From an uncultured Parcubacteria group bacterium (GTDB taxonomy: Bacteria > Patescibacteriota > Patescibacteriia > UBA9934 > CAMTUG01), in contig CAMTUG010000001.1 in assembly GCA_947084965.1 (NCBI GenBank), positions 345,293 through 409,292 of the forward strand: 64,000 nucleotides of DNA. Direction: 5' to 3'. This document shows positions 38,178-47,327 of this stretch, one piece after another. Each line of letters starts with the position of its first letter. Positions within the stretch are counted from its first letter, which is position 1. Below the pieces are notes generated by a model that saw only the letters and a program-made list of their open reading frames with translations, was not told where the DNA came from and made no database searches. The translations under genes and the position numbers were made by a program.

Positions 38178-38202
38178 GCCCCGGACCGTACTGGTCCGGG
38201 GT
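38178..38202 (+). repeat. 25-bp palindrome, copy A
   Basis: GCCCCGGACCGTACTGGTCCGGGGT; 22/25 identical to reverse complement of 38749-38773. Confidence 0.75.
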
Positions 38203-38209
38203 ACTTTCA

Positions 38210-38719
38210 TTATTTTTTCTTCTTCCCGTTCATCGACGTTTCAATGCTGCGTTCAATTTTGCCAAGATCGAGCCATTCTTTCATCTGTTCGAGTTCAGGG
38301 TCGTCTGCGTGCTTGACGTTCAGTTTGTGTTGAATGTCATCGAGCATGCGTAAAACTTTCGTCACTTCTTTTTCAGCGTTGACGTTGATTTGAAAATTTA
38401 CTTCGTCGCGGATGACGTCGATCTTTGCCGCGCGGTTTTGACTGACCAAGACGAAGATAGATAGGAAGATCGCTTCCAAAGAGACGACCATGGTCAACAT
38501 TCCGTACGGATACGGATCAAAAATAGAGATCTGCGGAATCCACCCTTGATTCGTCACTACCCAAAAAGTGAAAAAAATGATGTTTAACAACAAAAACCAA
38601 ATACTACCGAACGCCTCCGTCATCCAGTCCGCCAAACGTTCGCTCCGCGTTTTGGTGTACTGCAACTTTTCTTCGAACAGGTCGACAATTTTCTCGTGCG
38701 GTAATTTCCTCCGTGCCAT
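38210..38719 (-). CDS. DUF1003 family membrane protein
   Basis: FDPYPYGMLTMVVSLEAIFLSIFVLVSQNR motif; start moved to 38719. Confidence 0.88.
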   Translation of the reverse strand: MARRKLPHEKIVDLFEEKLQYTKTRSERLADWMTEAFGSIWFLLLNIIFFTFWVVTNQGWIPQISIFDPYPYGMLTMVVSLEAIFLSIFVLVSQNRAAKIDVIRDEVNFQINVNAEKEVTKVLRMLDDIQHKLNVKHADDPELEQMKEWLDLGKIERSIETSMNGKKKK

Positions 38720-38748
38720 ATAAATAAAGTATACCATAAAATCGAAGC

Positions 38749-38773
38749 GCCCGGGACCAGTACGGCCCGGGGC
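38749..38773 (-). repeat. 25-bp palindrome, copy B (inverted relative to copy A)
   Basis: Minus strand GCCCCGGGCCGTACTGGTCCCGGGC. Confidence 0.75.
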
Positions 38774-38788
38774 TTGAAGAAGATGTGC

Positions 38789-39163
38789 TCAGACGGAGCG
38801 ACGGATGACCTGCACCGGTTCGAGGTCGTACAGGTACACCAGCTGCTTCTGGCGGCGGCTGCCTCCGAGGTGTCGGCCCATGGGGCGGGCCGGGACGATC
38901 ACCCGCGAACCCTCCTCGATGTAGATCTTCGACCTCCGCGGATGGACGAAGGTCAGGCGTTCTTCGCAGCGCTTGATCGTCGCGACCTTGGCGTTGAACC
39001 TGCGATCGACCTCCGCGGTGGTGACGAAGTAGCCGAGCGATTCGAGGTGAGCCAGGAGCTGACCTTCCTCGGTCGAGTAGGGCTTGATCTGTCCGCGGAG
39101 TTCGCGGAAGACGCGGATGGCGTTGTCGGCGGTCATTGTGGCCAGGACAGCAGCGAGCAGCAT
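38789..39163 (-). CDS. Hypothetical protein (GC-rich solo gene)
   Basis: GGAGGT SD before ATG 39163; minus-strand TTGACC-17-TAGGTT promoter at 39208-39180; hairpin downstream. Confidence 0.65.
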   Translation of the reverse strand: MLLAAVLATMTADNAIRVFRELRGQIKPYSTEEGQLLAHLESLGYFVTTAEVDRRFNAKVATIKRCEERLTFVHPRRSKIYIEEGSRVIVPARPMGRHLGGSRRQKQLVYLYDLEPVQVIRRSV

Positions 39164-39229
39164 GGGTACCTCCACCCGCAACCTACCGACAATGGACGGA
39201 ATGGTCAAGATTCGCTAAAGTGCGCACGT

Positions 39230-41017
39230 ATGGCCGACCAAAAACAGATTCGCAACTTCTGCATTATCGCCCACATCGACCACGGCAAATCGACCCTTGC
39301 TGACCGGTTGCTTGAAGTCACTGGGACGGTGGAAAAGCGCAAAATGCAGGAGCAGATTCTGGACTCCATGGACCTGGAGCGCGAAAAGGGGATTACGATC
39401 AAGCTCGCTCCGGCACGCATGCATTTCAAAGATCACGTCTTGAACTTGATCGACACTCCCGGCCACGTTGATTTTCATTACGAAGTTTCGCGCTCGCTCG
39501 CTTCGGTCGAGGGGGCTGTTCTGCTCGTTGACGCCGCCCAGGGGGTACAGGCCCAGACGATCGGAAACTTGTACACCGCCCTTGAGCACAACCTCACCAT
39601 CATCCCGGTGTTGAATAAGATCGACTTGCCCGCGGCGGACATCCCTCGTTGTACGGCCGAACTGGTCAACTTGCTCGGTTGCGCTCCAGAAGAAATTTTG
39701 CACGTCAGTGGAAAAACGGGCGCCGGCGTGCCAGAACTTCTTGATGCCATTGTCGAGCGGATCCCTGCGCCAAAAGGGGAATCCGCAAACCCTCCACGCG
39801 CGGTTGTGTTTGATGCCAAATATGATGAGTATAAAGGGGTCGTAGCGTACGTTCGTGTTGTGGATGGTACGTTCAAAAAGGGTGACAAGATGATCATGCA
39901 TGCCACCCATGCGGATTCGGAAATTTTGGAACTCGGTGCACTGACCCCGAAGTACTCGCCCCTTTCGCAACTCGAAACGGGCCAGATCGGCTACGTCGTC
40001 ACCGGTTTTAAAGACCTCTCCGCTTGTCGCGTTGGGGATACCGTTTCCTTGCAAGGGGAAGACGTTGCCGCGCTCCCTGGATATCGTGAAGTGAAACCGA
40101 TGGTTTACGCCGGTATTTTCCCAAAAGAAGGGCATACCTACGAACATCTGCGCAACGCCATGGGTAAGTTGAAGTTAAACGATGCTGGATTGGTCTTTGA
40201 ACCAGAGCATTCGCCCGCGCTTGGCTATGGATTTCGTGTAGGCCTCCTGGGGATGTTGCACTTGGAGATCGTTACTCAGCGCTTAGAGCGTGAATCGAAC
40301 ATGGAGATCGTCGTTACGGTGCCGTCTGTTGTCTATCATATCTATGCTAAGGGCAAGCCGGAAGCGATCCCGATCAAATCTCCGCTCGAAATGCCCGATC
40401 CGTCGCATATTGATCGGATTGAAGAGCCGTGGGCAACGGTCGACATGATTACCCCCAAGGAGTACATCGGGGCTGTGATGCGCGTGGCAACGGAAGGCAA
40501 AGGGGAGTACGTCAATACCAACTATCTCTCCGGCGAACGGGCTATTTTGCGTTACAACATGCCGCTTTCGCAAGTGATCGTTGATTTTTACGACATCTTA
40601 AAGTCTGTTTCGAGCGGCTATGCATCACTCAACTATGATTTGATCGGCTACCGCGAGGCCGATGTGGTGCGTTTGAGTATCCTCGTGGCCGAAGAGGAAG
40701 TGGAATCCTTATCAATGCTCGTCTATCGCTCCGAAGCCGAACGCGTCGGCCGCCGTATCTGTGAAAAACTGAAGGAGTCAATCCCACAACAGATGTTTGA
40801 TATCAAATTGCAGGCAGCGATCGGTGGGAAGATCATTGCGGCGGAGCGCATTCAAGCGATGAAGAAAGATGTCATCGCCAAATTGTACGGCGGTGACGTA
40901 ACGCGCAAGAACAAGTTGCTCGACAAGCAGAAAAAGGGCAAAAAGAAGATGATGGCGATGGGGGTTGGGAAGGTTGATATTCCAACGGACGCTTATTTGA
41001 ATGTGCTAAAACGCTGA
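39230..41017 (+). CDS. lepA: Translation factor EF-4
   Basis: IRNFCIIAHIDHGKSTLADR, DTPGHVDF, NKID, KDVIAKLYGGDVTRK; start moved from 38774 to 39230. Confidence 0.97.
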   Translation: MADQKQIRNFCIIAHIDHGKSTLADRLLEVTGTVEKRKMQEQILDSMDLEREKGITIKLAPARMHFKDHVLNLIDTPGHVDFHYEVSRSLASVEGAVLLVDAAQGVQAQTIGNLYTALEHNLTIIPVLNKIDLPAADIPRCTAELVNLLGCAPEEILHVSGKTGAGVPELLDAIVERIPAPKGESANPPRAVVFDAKYDEYKGVVAYVRVVDGTFKKGDKMIMHATHADSEILELGALTPKYSPLSQLETGQIGYVVTGFKDLSACRVGDTVSLQGEDVAALPGYREVKPMVYAGIFPKEGHTYEHLRNAMGKLKLNDAGLVFEPEHSPALGYGFRVGLLGMLHLEIVTQRLERESNMEIVVTVPSVVYHIYAKGKPEAIPIKSPLEMPDPSHIDRIEEPWATVDMITPKEYIGAVMRVATEGKGEYVNTNYLSGERAILRYNMPLSQVIVDFYDILKSVSSGYASLNYDLIGYREADVVRLSILVAEEEVESLSMLVYRSEAERVGRRICEKLKESIPQQMFDIKLQAAIGGKIIAAERIQAMKKDVIAKLYGGDVTRKNKLLDKQKKGKKKMMAMGVGKVDIPTDAYLNVLKR

Positions 41018-41018
41018 T

Positions 41019-42767
41019 ATGCAAAAGCAATGGGTCGTGGCTCCAGCGATCCCTGCGCTCGAAGCGCTTGCTTTTCCTGAGATTCATCCGACGGTGCTGC
41101 AGATTTTGTGGAATCGCGGGATCAGAACACAGGAAGAGATGGATCTCTTTTTGAGCCCGGATTGGAGCCGTGATGTTTGCGATCCGTCGCTATTTTTGCA
41201 GATGCCGGCCGCGGTCGCTCGTGTTTTTAAAGCACTTGCATCAGGTGAAGTGATTACGGTTCACGGGGATTACGACGCTGACGGCGTGTGTGGATCGACC
41301 GTGCTCATGTCTACGCTGCGCGAGTTGATCGCACATGGATTTGGTGGACAGGCAACGCCGACGATCTTTCTTCCACATCGAGAAAAAGATGGATACGGTT
41401 TGTCCGTCAAAACGGTCGAGCACCTGCACGAACATGAAAAAACGAAGCTGATTATCACCGTCGACTGTGGGATCAGCAACACCGAAGCGATCGCCCGCGC
41501 GGGCGAATTGGGAATTGATGTTATCGTTTGTGATCATCATCAGATGCCGCCAGAATTGCCAAAAGCTATTTTGCTCCATCCACTCGTTCCTGGTGAAACG
41601 TTTCCGAACAAAAAACTGTGCGGAACGGGTGTGGCGTTTAAGCTCGCTTGTGGATTAATCGAAGAGGCGCGCAAGAAAAATCCAGAGGCGTTTCCTGAGG
41701 GCTATGAGAAATGGCTTCTCGATTTGGTAGCGATTGCAACGGTCACGGACGTTATGCCGATCCTCGGAGAAAATCGTTTGCTTGAGAAATATGGCCTGGT
41801 TGTTTTAAATAAAACAAAGCGCGTCGGCTTGAAAGCTCTTCTCAAAGCTGCGGGGGTTGAAGGCAAACCCCTCGATACATGGTCGATCGGATTTCAGATC
41901 GGGCCGCGCATTAATGCGGCTGGTCGCATGAACCACGCCAACGCGGCGTTTAACCTGTTGATGTGTGAAGACCCTCTTGAGGCAGAACAGCTAGCGCTCG
42001 CACTGAATATCTCTAATCAGGATCGTCAAAAGGCTTCGGAAGAGATGTATCAGGCGGCCAAGGCGCAGATCGGTGATCCGGGTGAGCGAAAGATTTTGTT
42101 TGCTGTTGGGGATGGCTGGCCGGCCGGATTGGTTGGGTTGGTTGCGGGAAAGTTGATGAATGATTTTCAAAAGCCTGTGTTCGTTGTTGGAAAGAATGAA
42201 GAAGGGAAGTACACCGGTTCTGGTCGATCGTTGCATGGATTTGATGTCACAGCGGCGATGAAAAACGCGGCCCATACGTTGCTCAGATTTGGTGGTCATC
42301 CACAGGCCTGTGGGATGTCGACCGACACGGCAGAAAAGCTCGAGGCCTTTATGCAGTCGATGTCTGCCCAGGCGGAAGAGTATTTTGCTCACAACGACGG
42401 TACACCAACGCTGAACATTGATGGTGATGTTCCACTCGGAAACGTTGACTGGCAGCTTGTTGAGTCGCTCGAAAAGCTCGAACCATTCGGTGAAGGAAAT
42501 CCAAAACCGCTCTTCATGCGCGCTGGTCTTACGGTCGTCTCGGCCGATTCGCTCGGGGCCGACGGAAAGCATATGCGGCTGACCGTTAAGGATCCTGCCT
42601 CGGGTCGCAATCACAAATTTGTCGCCTTTCGCTTTGGTGAATGGGTGCAGAAGTTACGAACGGGTGATACGATAGACGTGGCTTTTGAAGTCGGCATTAA
42701 TGAGTGGAACGGAAATCGGGAGATTCAATTGAGAGTGGTCGATTTGAAGTTGGAGGAAAGAGGTTAA
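41019..42767 (+). CDS. recJ: ssDNA exonuclease RecJ
   Basis: GDYDADG, TVDCG, DHH, GPRINAAGR, GSGRS, GGH. Confidence 0.96.
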   Translation: MQKQWVVAPAIPALEALAFPEIHPTVLQILWNRGIRTQEEMDLFLSPDWSRDVCDPSLFLQMPAAVARVFKALASGEVITVHGDYDADGVCGSTVLMSTLRELIAHGFGGQATPTIFLPHREKDGYGLSVKTVEHLHEHEKTKLIITVDCGISNTEAIARAGELGIDVIVCDHHQMPPELPKAILLHPLVPGETFPNKKLCGTGVAFKLACGLIEEARKKNPEAFPEGYEKWLLDLVAIATVTDVMPILGENRLLEKYGLVVLNKTKRVGLKALLKAAGVEGKPLDTWSIGFQIGPRINAAGRMNHANAAFNLLMCEDPLEAEQLALALNISNQDRQKASEEMYQAAKAQIGDPGERKILFAVGDGWPAGLVGLVAGKLMNDFQKPVFVVGKNEEGKYTGSGRSLHGFDVTAAMKNAAHTLLRFGGHPQACGMSTDTAEKLEAFMQSMSAQAEEYFAHNDGTPTLNIDGDVPLGNVDWQLVESLEKLEPFGEGNPKPLFMRAGLTVVSADSLGADGKHMRLTVKDPASGRNHKFVAFRFGEWVQKLRTGDTIDVAFEVGINEWNGNREIQLRVVDLKLEERG

Positions 42768-42784
42768 AGGACAGAAGAGATGCT

Positions 42785-43207
42785 ATGCACAAACGTCTAA
42801 GAATTTATACAGACGGCGGTTCTCGCGGAAATCCAGGTCCTGCCGGACTTGGCGTTGCTATTCATGCTGTGCATACCGATGGGAGTGAAGGTGAAACGAT
42901 CGCCACGGTACACGAATATCTCGGGAAAACAACCAATAATCAGGCGGAGTACATGGCGATCATTCGTGGGCTTGAAAAAGCCAAGGCTCTCGGCGCAGAC
43001 GAGGTCGAGATGTTGATGGATTCGGAACTCGCCGTTAAACAATTGAATGGCCAGTACCGCGTAAAAAATCCGGAACTGGGTAAGCGATTTATGGAGGTGC
43101 ATAACTTGCGCCAGCAGTTTTCCAAAGTCACCTTCCGACACATCCGGCGCGAGAAGAACACCGAAGCCGATGCATTGGCGAATGCGGCGATGGACGAGGG
43201 TCATTAG
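42785..43207 (+). CDS. rnhA: Ribonuclease HI (archaeal/Gram-positive-like type)
   Basis: YTDGGSRGNPGPAG, TNNQAEY, DSEL, REKNTEADALAN. Confidence 0.93.
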   Translation: MHKRLRIYTDGGSRGNPGPAGLGVAIHAVHTDGSEGETIATVHEYLGKTTNNQAEYMAIIRGLEKAKALGADEVEMLMDSELAVKQLNGQYRVKNPELGKRFMEVHNLRQQFSKVTFRHIRREKNTEADALANAAMDEGH

Positions 43208-43322
43208 AGCCCAGACGGCGGAGGTGCGAGCTGACGAGTTCTCTTTTCGCGCGCAGCCCTTATACCGTCCGCAAGGGGTCGAGCACGAAAAGAGTGTCAG
43301 CGAGACCGAGTACGACTGGGCT
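43208..43322 (+). repeat. Dispersed structured element, copy 1
   Basis: Core nearly identical to 59529-59639; closing stem AGCCCAG/CTGGGCT; inner GCTGAC/GTCAGC and CTCTTTTCG/CGAAAAGAG stems. Confidence 0.85.
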
Positions 43323-43370
43323 TAAGTGAATCTCCGCCGGTTACACAAGCTGTGCTATACTATTCCCACT

Positions 43371-44471
43371 ATGTCCCTTTTTGGTAAATCGAAATCACAA
43401 TCCTTTCTCGGGATCGATGTTGGTGTTCATGGCATGAAGCTCGTCGAAATGCAGAACGAACACGGTCGTGCCAAGCTGATGACCTATGCCTACTCCGAGC
43501 GAGGACTCGAAGAGCAGTCAAAATCGCTCCTCGATAATCCGCAAGTCGCGGCCAATTTACTTTCAACAATCGTAAAAAAGAGCGGAGCCACGACAACGCG
43601 TGCAGTCAGCGGTCTGCCCCAGAACGCCGTCTTTTCTGCGATCGTCACCGTGCCGAAACTGAAAGATCCGCGCCAGATGAAACCGCTGATCGAGGGTCAG
43701 GTGGCAAAGCTCACTCCGATCCCGGTCACAGAGATGATTTTAGACTCCAAGGTTATTGATGAAGAGAAGTTAAAAACGCCAGAAGAAAAGAAGGAGGAGA
43801 AAAAGGCCCCGCCTGTTGATCCAAAGAAAGGGGAGCTAGTACGTGTATTAGTCACAGGCGCGGCTAAAACACTCGTTCAGAAGTATGTGGAAGTGTTTAA
43901 ACTCGCCAAGATCGAGCTTGTTGCGCTAGAAACGGAATCCTTCGCCTTAATTCGTGCGCTTGTTGGTCGTGACCGTTCAACGATTCTTATTATCGACATG
44001 GGGGCGATGCGCACCAACATGACGATCGTCGAACGTGGAATCCCTATTTTTACTCGTTCGGTCAACGTTGGTGGCGGCCAGCTGACGAAGACGATCGCGG
44101 AGCAGATGGGTATTTCGTTGGCGGATGCGGAGCAGATGAAAGTCGATCTTTCCAAGGGCCAGGTGGACGGAGTCCCCCCGCAAGTGGAATTGATCCTGCA
44201 GCCGATTCTGACCGAAATTAATTACTCGTTCGGTGAGTTTAAGCGTTTAGAAGCAGACAGTGCTAAGCGCGTGGAGAAGATTATCATTACAGGGGGGTCA
44301 GCAAATTTGCCAGGGATGGTGACGTATCTTTCGCAAAAGTTAAACATCAATACCTACGTCGGTGATCCCTGGGCACGCGTTCAATTGCCACAGGCACTGC
44401 GCCCTGTTCTCGATGAGATCGGTCCTCGCTTTGCCGTATCGATCGGTCTGGCGATGCGGGACATGGAATGA
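43371..44471 (+). CDS. pilM: Type IV pilus assembly protein PilM
   Basis: LGIDVG..KLVE, IDMGA..T, VGGGQLT, ITGGSA, AVSIGLAMR (actin-like ATPase); TGcTATACT promoter 9 nt upstream. Confidence 0.9.
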   Translation: MSLFGKSKSQSFLGIDVGVHGMKLVEMQNEHGRAKLMTYAYSERGLEEQSKSLLDNPQVAANLLSTIVKKSGATTTRAVSGLPQNAVFSAIVTVPKLKDPRQMKPLIEGQVAKLTPIPVTEMILDSKVIDEEKLKTPEEKKEEKKAPPVDPKKGELVRVLVTGAAKTLVQKYVEVFKLAKIELVALETESFALIRALVGRDRSTILIIDMGAMRTNMTIVERGIPIFTRSVNVGGGQLTKTIAEQMGISLADAEQMKVDLSKGQVDGVPPQVELILQPILTEINYSFGEFKRLEADSAKRVEKIIITGGSANLPGMVTYLSQKLNINTYVGDPWARVQLPQALRPVLDEIGPRFAVSIGLAMRDME

Positions 44472-44472
44472 T

Positions 44473-44847
44473 ATGGCCACAAAGTTGATTATTCAAATCA
44501 TTGAGCCGGACAACTATCTCGCCGGCATTTATGGCCGCAAGTTTGAAGCAGAAGGCTGGAAAGTACTCATCGCCGAGAATTTTGAGGAAGCAGAAAAACA
44601 GCGCTTAAAGGTTAAGGTTTCCGCTATTATTCTTGAACCAGATATCGACATCAAGGCCGCAGAGAACGTTTTAAAAAGCTTGCGCAAGGATCCGGCGACA
44701 GCAACGATTCCGCTCCTTATTTTTTCAACGATCGCCGAAAAGGCCGAGATCGCCAAGATGAAAAAGGCCGGCGCTAACGCCTATCTGCTCAAAGGGCATT
44801 TTGTCCCGAGCGAGGTTGTGCGCAAAGTTAAATCCATGTTACTCTAA
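44473..44847 (+). CDS. Atypical receiver-domain protein
   Basis: CheY-like pattern, but IIEPD at the acidic pocket and IILEPD where the phospho-Asp is expected. Confidence 0.75.
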   Translation: MATKLIIQIIEPDNYLAGIYGRKFEAEGWKVLIAENFEEAEKQRLKVKVSAIILEPDIDIKAAENVLKSLRKDPATATIPLLIFSTIAEKAEIAKMKKAGANAYLLKGHFVPSEVVRKVKSMLL

Positions 44848-44854
44848 TAGTCGT

Positions 44855-45346
44855 ATGCGTGGTTTTACCAAGATCGAACTTATCGTCGCCCTGGCCATCG
44901 TCGGTATTTTGGCTTCACTTTCGGCGGTCGCTTTGAATTCTGCCCGCGAACGCGCCCGAGACGCCAAACGCATCGCGGATGTCGCTCGCACCCAAGTCGC
45001 GCTCGAACTCTATTTCAACGATCACAACAGCTATCCTGTTTTGACTTCAGCAACGGCGCTCGGTTCTTCGGCGGCCCGTTGTTTGGCTGGAGAGGGGTTT
45101 GTCCCTTCCTGCGACACCCAGACCGAGTCGGTTTACCTGGAACGCGTACCGTCTACCCCGACCGACGGGCTCGGTGAATTAGTTGGGTGCTCCGGAGCAG
45201 AAAATGCCTATTGTTACGTTGGAGAGGCCGAGGCGTATCGTATTCAGTTTGAAGTGGAGAACGACAATCCCGAAGGGAAATTACAAGCCGGCGTAAATTG
45301 TGCGACAGAATCCGGTATCGTTGCTGGAGCCTGTGAAGCATTATAG
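44855..45346 (+). CDS. Type IV pilin / GspG-like prepilin
   Basis: RG|FTKIELIVALAIVGILA N-methylation motif; ARDAKR..D...ALELY. Confidence 0.92.
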   Translation: MRGFTKIELIVALAIVGILASLSAVALNSARERARDAKRIADVARTQVALELYFNDHNSYPVLTSATALGSSAARCLAGEGFVPSCDTQTESVYLERVPSTPTDGLGELVGCSGAENAYCYVGEAEAYRIQFEVENDNPEGKLQAGVNCATESGIVAGACEAL

Positions 45347-45429
45347 GAGGAAAGTCGTAAGCGGTAATGGGTAAGCGTAGACGCACGTATCTCTGCTTTC
45401 TGCTTACCACGTACTGCTTTCTCTTTTTT

Positions 45430-46776
45430 ATGATCAAATTCTACAACACGCTTAGTCGCAAAGAAGAGATTTTTCAGCCTATCTACGACGGCAAGGTTGG
45501 TGTGTATTCCTGCGGGCCGACGGTCTATAACTTCGTCCACATTGGAAACCTCCGGACGTTTGTATTTGAGGATATTCTTCGTCGGGCAATTAAAGCGAAT
45601 GGTTTGCAAGTAAAGCAAGTGAAAAACTTGACCGATGTTGATGACAAGACGATACGCGACAGTCAAAAGGCAAAGGTGTCGCTGAAGGAATTTACAGAAA
45701 AGTACTCCGACGAGTTTTTTAAGGATAGCGATGCTCTCAATATCGAACGCGTAGAAGTTTATCCAAAAGCCACGGAGCACATCGCTGAGATGATTTCGTT
45801 GATTGAACGTTTGCTTGAAAAAGGGCTCGCTTATGCGAGTGATGATGGAGTGTACTTTGCCATCAGCAAATTTCCTGCATACGGCAAACTCGCACATCTC
45901 GATCTCGACGGCCTGAAAGCTGGAGCTTCTGGCCGTGTGCTTTCTGACGAATATGAAAAAGAGAACGTCGGTGATTTTGCACTCTGGAAGTTTTGGGATG
46001 AAAATGATGGTGATGTGAAGTGGGAGGCTCCGTTCGGAGCTGGTCGTCCAGGTTGGCACATCGAATGTTCGGCGATGAGCACAAAGCATCTCGGGGAGAC
46101 GTTCGATGTCCACACCGGGGGGATCGACCTGCTCTTTCCGCATCATCAAGATGAAGTCGCACAAAGCGAAGGGTGCACAGGCAAACCGCTTGCCAACTAC
46201 TGGCTTCACGCGGAACACCTGCTTGTTGATGGCAAGAAAATGTCTAAGTCGCTCGGGAATTTTTATACCTTACGCGATGTGTTGGATAAAGGGTTCGATC
46301 CCCTGGCACTGCGTTACTTATTCCTCGGAGCTACGTATCGTTCGAAGCTCAACTTTACCTGGGAAGCGCTCGAAGGGGCCCAGAACGCTCTGCGGAAGCT
46401 CCAGGTCCTGGCGCGCGAGCTCGAGGCTTCTGCTGGCAAGGCAGGGAAGTATGAACAGGATTTTCTTGAAGCAGTCAACAACGACCTGAACACCCCGCAA
46501 GCGTTGGCGGTCATGTGGATGATGCTTGACGATGCCTCGGTTCCAAGCGCGTCAAAGGCGGCAAGTTTGCTTACATTCGACAAGGTGCTCGGCCTGAAGC
46601 TGGAGGACCATGTTGGGAAGCGCAGGGAAGTACCAGCCGAGATCCTCGACCTGGCCAAACAACGGGAAGAAGCCCGTGCCGCCAAAGATTGGCAAAAATC
46701 TGATGAACTGCGTGACCTGATTATTTCAAAGGGATTTACGGTTGAAGACACACCTGACGGACAAAAAATTCGGTAA
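45430..46776 (+). CDS. cysS: Cysteine--tRNA ligase
   Basis: CGPTVY, HIGN, GRPGWHIEC, FPHH, KMSKS. Confidence 0.97.
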   Translation: MIKFYNTLSRKEEIFQPIYDGKVGVYSCGPTVYNFVHIGNLRTFVFEDILRRAIKANGLQVKQVKNLTDVDDKTIRDSQKAKVSLKEFTEKYSDEFFKDSDALNIERVEVYPKATEHIAEMISLIERLLEKGLAYASDDGVYFAISKFPAYGKLAHLDLDGLKAGASGRVLSDEYEKENVGDFALWKFWDENDGDVKWEAPFGAGRPGWHIECSAMSTKHLGETFDVHTGGIDLLFPHHQDEVAQSEGCTGKPLANYWLHAEHLLVDGKKMSKSLGNFYTLRDVLDKGFDPLALRYLFLGATYRSKLNFTWEALEGAQNALRKLQVLARELEASAGKAGKYEQDFLEAVNNDLNTPQALAVMWMMLDDASVPSASKAASLLTFDKVLGLKLEDHVGKRREVPAEILDLAKQREEARAAKDWQKSDELRDLIISKGFTVEDTPDGQKIR

Positions 46777-46779
46777 GAC

Positions 46780-46805
46780 GAGGCGGGGTGCATGGACCCT
46801 GCCTC
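46780..46805. repeat. Short palindrome related to 16545-16567
   Basis: GAGGCGGGGT-GCATGG-ACCCTGCCTC. Confidence 0.55.
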
Positions 46806-46826
46806 TATGTTATAATTTCCGCATCT

Positions 46827-47324
46827 ATGGCCGAAGTTGAAAAACTCATCCCAGAAGTTCCGCGCGCGGCGTCGCCTGAAGGGCAGGCTGGTGTGCCGAA
46901 TGCGGCTGAAACGGTGGAATCAAAGCCCGCGGTACCAGAACTTTCGCACCCATCGCCGGAGCGGGTCGCGGAGCCTGTGCCTGTACCTACGCCCGTTGCT
47001 ATTCCTGCGGCTCCGGTTCGGCATGCTCCAGCAAAGGATGTGCTCACCCAAGAAATCGAGGACGTTCTTGCCGAGGACCTTGGGGATATTTATAAAAATC
47101 TTCCGCCCGAAAAACAGAAGAAATTTAAAGAAGAGGGGGAAAAGACCGCGACACGCATTAAGCAGATGATCGAAACGGGAAAGCTTCACGGTCGCAAGCT
47201 TGTTCAGCTGATCATTCATTGGCTTAAATTGATCCCTGGTGTCAATACTTTTTTCTTAGAACAGGAATCAAAGATCAAAGCGGATAAGTTGATCGAAATC
47301 GCCGAAGAACAAAAACGAAAATAG
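46827..47324 (+). CDS. Hypothetical protein with Pro-rich N-terminus
   Basis: TGtTATAAT 10 nt upstream; C-terminal helical domain (WLKLIPGVN.FFLEQESKIK); directly upstream of the fused ATPase. Confidence 0.75.
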   Translation: MAEVEKLIPEVPRAASPEGQAGVPNAAETVESKPAVPELSHPSPERVAEPVPVPTPVAIPAAPVRHAPAKDVLTQEIEDVLAEDLGDIYKNLPPEKQKKFKEEGEKTATRIKQMIETGKLHGRKLVQLIIHWLKLIPGVNTFFLEQESKIKADKLIEIAEEQKRK

Positions 47325-47327
47325 CGT

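Noticed and set aside
38153-38788. Integron attC sites flanking the GC-rich solo genes
   Set aside because: No RYYYAAC/GTTRRRY box pairs recognised and no integrase in the window; the genes carry their own promoters
38774-39229. 152-aa N-terminal extension of LepA in the ORF track
   Set aside because: It is the antisense shadow of the GC-rich minus-strand gene 38789-39163; LepA homology begins at MADQKQIRNF (39230)
45347-45429. Degenerate short repeats (GTAAGCG-like) and weak fold-back before cysS; possible T-box
   Set aside because: Too short for a T-box and lacks the T-box consensus; likely low-complexity intergenic sequence
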